Shown here: positions 17,993-21,745 of the stretch, piece after piece
Layout: each line of letters starts with the position of its first letter
Numbering within the stretch: position 1 is the first letter of the stretch
Source: Candidatus Polarisedimenticolia bacterium
GTDB taxonomy: Bacteria > Acidobacteriota > Polarisedimenticolia > Gp22-AA2
Reading direction: 5' to 3'
Length of the DNA stretch: 21,745 nt
NCBI GenBank assembly: GCA_041580375.1
Contig: JBFGDZ010000040.1
Location: forward strand, 1-21,745
Program-made: the position numbers and the translations under genes
Notes under the pieces: generated by a model
What the model saw: only the letters and a program-made list of their open reading frames with translations
What the model was told of the DNA's origin: nothing
Database searches by the model: none

Positions 17993-18999
17993 GAGGCCTC
18001 CTCCGGGTCGATGCGCATGGCCCGTCGCACGCGGTCGAGGGTGGCGCGCGCTTCGCCGCGAGCGCGCCGGGCGCCTTCCGCGAGAATCTCCAGCACGCGC
18101 GGGCGCCGTTCGAGAAGGGCCGCGCGACGCTCCTGAAACGGGGCGAGGAACGGCTCCAGATGCCCGAGGAGCGCCGTCTTGCAGTCGACGCAGCCGATGC
18201 CGGCCCGCCGGCACTCCCGGTCGACCATCGTGCGCGTCGCCTCGTCGCTGAAAGCCTTGTGAAAGTCGAACACGGGACAGACGTCGGGATCACCGGGATC
18301 CTGCCGCCGTTTGCGGGCCGGGTCGGTCACCATCTTGAGGATCTTCTCCCGGATCCTGTCCTTCGGGTCGCCCAGATTGACGGCGTTGCCGTAGGACTTG
18401 CTCATCTTGCGACCGTCGGTGCCGGGCAGCCGGGGGTTCCGCGTCGTCAGGGCCTTCGGTTCGGGGAACACCTCCCCGTATAGAAGGTTGAATCGCCGCG
18501 CGATCTCCCGGCACAGCTCGAGATGCGGCAGCTGGTCCTCCCCCACCGGAACGAACTCGGCCCGGTAGATCAGGATGTCGGCGCACTGAAGCACGGGGTA
18601 GCCGAGGAATCCGTAATTGGTCAGATCCTTCTGGGTAACCTGCTGCTGCTGTTCCTTGTAGGAGGGCACGCGCTCGAGCCAGGGCACGGGCACGATCATC
18701 GAGAGGAGCAGGTGGAGCTCGGCGTGCTCCGGCACGTGCGACTGGACGAAAAGGGTGCAGCGTTCGGGATCCAGTCCGGAGGCCATCCAATCGATGGCCA
18801 TGTCGACGATGTACTCCTTGAGCGACCCCGTCTCCGCGTAATCGCTCGTCAGCGCGTGCCAGTCGCAGATGGCGAAGTAGCAGTCGTGCGTGTCCTGCAG
18901 GCGCACCCAGTTCTCCAGCGCGCCCGCCAGATGGCCGATGTGCATCGGTCCGGTCGGCCGGAATCCGGATAGAACCCGGGAACGGCGGGAGGGCGACAT
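17989..18999 (-). CDS. trpS: Tryptophan--tRNA ligase.
   Basis: - Class I synthetase motifs: GFRPTGPMHIGHLAGAL (HIGH) and KMSKS.
- Trp-specific core: VQSHVPEHAELHLLLSMIVPVPWLERV.
- I call the start at ATG 18999 (MSPSRRSRVLSGF), 23 nt after the upstream gene's stop. ATG 19062 would overlap the upstream gene. Confidence 0.88.
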   Translation of the reverse strand: MSPSRRSRVLSGFRPTGPMHIGHLAGALENWVRLQDTHDCYFAICDWHALTSDYAETGSLKEYIVDMAIDWMASGLDPERCTLFVQSHVPEHAELHLLLSMIVPVPWLERVPSYKEQQQQVTQKDLTNYGFLGYPVLQCADILIYRAEFVPVGEDQLPHLELCREIARRFNLLYGEVFPEPKALTTRNPRLPGTDGRKMSKSYGNAVNLGDPKDRIREKILKMVTDPARKRRQDPGDPDVCPVFDFHKAFSDEATRTMVDRECRRAGIGCVDCKTALLGHLEPFLAPFQERRAALLERRPRVLEILAEGARRARGEARATLDRVRRAMRIDPEEAS

Positions 19000-19021
19000 C
19001 ACGGGGCGGCGCCGCGGCGGC

Positions 19022-19906
19022 TCACGAGCCCTTGGGGGACGACGGTTTCTTGTTCGTCCCATCGGCGGCCTTGAAGACGAGGGAGACCATGCCGAGCGCG
19101 ACCTTGTCTCCGCTGGCGACCGGCGCCGGCTTTCCCGTCGTGAGGCGCTGTCCGTTCACGAACGTGCCGTTGAGGGCCCCCACCTCCTCGAACAGATGGA
19201 AGCCGTCATCCTGCTGGACGATGCGCGCGTGCCTACGGGAGACCGACCGATTGATGTCGACCTGGGTGAGATCGATGTCGGGCCGCGTGCCGGTGACGGG
19301 ATCGTATCGACCGATGATCGCCGTATCGCCCGTGATCGGGAAATGCCGCGACCCGCCCTCCAGGACGAGGATCCCGCGCGCTCCCTCGGGCACCTCGACG
19401 TCCGCGATCGGCATCGGGACGGCCTGCACGCCCGCCGACGGAGCGGCGTCGGGGGCGAGCGGCGGGGCCTCGGCCGGCCGGTCCGTGTCGATCTGCTCCG
19501 GTCGGGCGGTCGTGGACTTGCCGGCGGCGGCGCCGCGCCCCATCGACTCGATCTTCTGGCTCGCTTCCTGGAGGCGGTGGCTGAGCTTGCGCAGCATGCG
19601 GACCGCGATCTCGATGTTGCCGCGGATCATCTTGTCGAACGTCGTGCTGTTGATCTCGATCAGCTCGCTGTTCTCAATCGCCTCCGCGTTGGCGGTCCTC
19701 GGCAGGCCCTCGAGGAGGGCGAACTCCCCGAAGAAATCCCCTTTCTCCATCACCGCCAGCTCCTGGCGGGCGCCCTCGAACTCGCGGTAGATGAGAACGG
19801 CTCCCGATTGGACGACGTACATCTCGCTCCCCAGGTCCCCCTCCCGGTAGACCGTCTCACCTTTCTTGCGACGGATGATCAGATCTTTGAAAGGGTCCGA
19901 GGCCAC
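19022..19906 (-). CDS. Cyclic-nucleotide-binding (CAP-effector) domain protein fused to a C-terminal FHA domain.
   Basis: - cNMP phosphate-binding cassette: GDFFGEFALLEGLPRTANAEA.
- Pro/Ala-rich linker.
- FHA signature: ITGDTAIIGRYDP...DIDL...VSRRHARIVQQDDGFHLFEEVGALNGTFVNGQRL.
- GTG start at 19906 with AAAGG upstream. Confidence 0.8.
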   Translation of the reverse strand: MASDPFKDLIIRRKKGETVYREGDLGSEMYVVQSGAVLIYREFEGARQELAVMEKGDFFGEFALLEGLPRTANAEAIENSELIEINSTTFDKMIRGNIEIAVRMLRKLSHRLQEASQKIESMGRGAAAGKSTTARPEQIDTDRPAEAPPLAPDAAPSAGVQAVPMPIADVEVPEGARGILVLEGGSRHFPITGDTAIIGRYDPVTGTRPDIDLTQVDINRSVSRRHARIVQQDDGFHLFEEVGALNGTFVNGQRLTTGKPAPVASGDKVALGMVSLVFKAADGTNKKPSSPKGS

Positions 19907-19954
19907 GACGCTATGCCTTTGCGCAGCAGTGAGTTATGCGTGCGCGACCGCGTG

Positions 19955-19984
19955 ATGATAATGGAACGGCCGGAACGATGTCAA
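19955..19984 (-). promoter_or_regulatory. Near-consensus sigma70 promoter for the cNMP/FHA-trpS-scpAB-rluB operon.
   Basis: The minus strand reads TTGACA (19984-19979), an 18-nt spacer, then TATCAT (19960-19955). It is about 45 nt upstream of the GTG start. Confidence 0.5.
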
Positions 19985-20156
19985 ACACGCGCCGCGCCCG
20001 CGGGCGCACGACGGCGGCCCGCGACGGCCCGGATCGGCCGGTGACCGGATCGTGTGCAAACCGCTCTATCCCCCCGACCGTCAAGATGATTCGCGCGGCG
20101 ACGCATCCCTTATTCACAGACTTTTTCACAGAGAGTGTGGAAATCGGCTCCTCCCG

Positions 20157-21745
20157 TCAGGTTTCGCGAAGGATCTTCGCGTAGGCTTCGCGCACGCGGG
20201 CCGTGTGGCGCTCGAACTGTTCACGGAGCGCATCCGCGGTGCCCGCGCCGGAAGCGAGTTCGGGCTCCAGGGCCGCGGCCAGCTCCTCCAGACGGTCCGG
20301 ATCACCCGGGAGCTGCTCGAGCGGACGATCGAATACCAGCCTCATCGCATGCTCGAGCGATCGCAGGAAGAGGTATCCCTCATACAGCGGACCGAGGAGG
20401 GCTTCGGGGAGATGGCCGAGGCCGTGGAGGTGGGTCAGGAGCCTCAGGGTGTCCTTGTCCTCCGGATTGGGCACGCCGTGCCGGAGGCGCAGGAGATCGA
20501 TCGCGAAATGCACGTCGATCAGTCCGCCTTCCCCAAGCTTCACGCTGCCCGGTGCGGCCGCCTCGTTCAGGATCCTCTGCCGCATGTCCTCGACCGACCT
20601 GGAGACCCGCGACGGCCCCATGGAGCGGGCGCGCTCCAGGATGATCGTCTCGATCGCCTCCGCGGCGCGCCGGCCGAGCACGAGATCGCCGGCGACGGGC
20701 CTGGCCTTGAGAAACGATTGCATCTCCCAGACCTCCGCGGGTCCACGGAAATAGTCGACGAGCCCGTCCAGAGTCGGCACCAGCTCCCCTTCACGACCGG
20801 ATGGGCGCAGACGGAGATCGACCTTGTAGAGCTGTCCGTCCCGGCTCAGGGTCCCGAGCGTGCGGACCACGCTCTCGCTCCATCGATGGACCGCCGCGAC
20901 GGCATCGGGAGCGGCGTCCCCGCCGTCGCGCACGAAGACCAGATCGAGATCCGAGCCGAAATCGATCTCCCGGTATCCCAGCCTCCCCAGACCCAGGACG
21001 GCGAGACCCCGATCGGGCACGAGGCCGGGGGCGCGCGCCTCCATCTGCTCTCGCTCCAGCCGGAGAACCGTTTCGACGACGGCGTCGGCGAGATTGGACA
21101 GGCTCTTGAGGACCTGTCGTAGCGTCGCCTGTCGGTTGATGTCGCGCAGGGCGATCGTCGCCAGCTCCTCCTGCTGGCGTCGTCGCAGGGACGCCACGCG
21201 GGCCCCCACGCCGCCGCGGGATCTCTCCGATCCCTCCAGGAGGGCCTGGCGATAGTCCTCGGCGCTCATCGTCCGGACGACCCTCACGCGGTCTTCCATC
21301 GTGCGGAGGATACGGGGCTGGCGGATCAGGAGGGCCGCGAGTAGGTGGCTGCGGCCGAGAACCTGCACGATCGGCCCCAGGGTTTCGCGGTGCGCGAGGA
21401 AGCGATCCAGTCTCTCGGGATGCGAGGCGAGCGATGCGATCAGGCGCTCGAGATTGGTGAACGCGCGCCGGGGATTGGGCGTGGCTGCGGCCATCTGCAG
21501 CAGCGCCGTTCCGGATTTCCGGAGCAGCCGTCGACGCTCGGCCACCGACCCCGGCGCCTCCTGGAGGCGGCGCCGGATCAGCTGCACGGGCCGCAGGATC
21601 GGCTCCGCGTCGATCACCCCCGCCCCTCGCAGCCGCTCCTTCAAGCCTCCTTCGTCGAGCCGGTCGAGCCAGATGTCCTCGGTCTCTTCGCCGATGATCG
21701 GCTGGGCCGCCCGCGAGACGACGGCGTCGTAGAACGAACGCACGG
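20157..21745 (-). CDS. glnE: Glutamine synthetase adenylyltransferase / adenylyl-removing enzyme, C-terminal nucleotidyltransferase half. The gene continues past the window end.
   Basis: - Nucleotidyltransferase motif: LGLGRLGYREIDFGSDLDLVFV.
- GlnE-specific motif: LYKVDLRLRPSGREGELV.
- The stop is TGA at 20157-20159.
- The ORF is open to the window edge; its first codon is GTG only because the frame is cut there. Confidence 0.8.
   Translation of the reverse strand, partial: VRSFYDAVVSRAAQPIIGEETEDIWLDRLDEGGLKERLRGAGVIDAEPILRPVQLIRRRLQEAPGSVAERRRLLRKSGTALLQMAAATPNPRRAFTNLERLIASLASHPERLDRFLAHRETLGPIVQVLGRSHLLAALLIRQPRILRTMEDRVRVVRTMSAEDYRQALLEGSERSRGGVGARVASLRRRQQEELATIALRDINRQATLRQVLKSLSNLADAVVETVLRLEREQMEARAPGLVPDRGLAVLGLGRLGYREIDFGSDLDLVFVRDGGDAAPDAVAAVHRWSESVVRTLGTLSRDGQLYKVDLRLRPSGREGELVPTLDGLVDYFRGPAEVWEMQSFLKARPVAGDLVLGRRAAEAIETIILERARSMGPSRVSRSVEDMRQRILNEAAAPGSVKLGEGGLIDVHFAIDLLRLRHGVPNPEDKDTLRLLTHLHGLGHLPEALLGPLYEGYLFLRSLEHAMRLVFDRPLEQLPGDPDRLEELAAALEPELASGAGTADALREQFERHTARVREAYAKILRET

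Overview
This is a 21.7 kb, roughly 70% GC bacterial chromosomal segment of Gram-negative type. It encodes LptF/LptG, a six-domain ribosomal protein S1 and ParAB. I see no transposases, integrases, CRISPR arrays, tRNA or rRNA genes. I also find no recognisable defence or toxin system; the window is mostly conserved housekeeping genes, and the unusual items are listed under findings.

Plus strand: the 3' end of metK, then ahcY (two S-adenosylmethionine (SAM) cycle genes side by side). Next comes a 1009-aa membrane protein with an unusual architecture: a transmembrane anchor, an SPFH/Band-7 domain, a type I phosphodiesterase / alkaline-phosphatase-core domain, and about 12 TPR repeats. It is followed 2 bp later by a secreted HEAT-repeat protein.

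Minus strand, read from the right edge leftwards:
- glnE (the 3' portion; the gene runs off the window).
- A near-consensus sigma70 promoter, then a cNMP-binding/FHA fusion protein, trpS, scpA, scpB and rluB, tightly overlapping.
- A near-consensus promoter with an AT-rich upstream island, then rpsA, ihfB, a HIT protein, miaB and a DUF151 bifunctional-nuclease-family protein.
- A near-consensus promoter, then parA and parB.
- A 760-bp non-coding stretch that ends in a Rho-independent terminator on the minus strand. It may hold a structured RNA.
- A single 898-aa ORF that fuses LptF and LptG through an Arg-rich linker.

Long ORFs antisense to these genes are high-GC artefacts.
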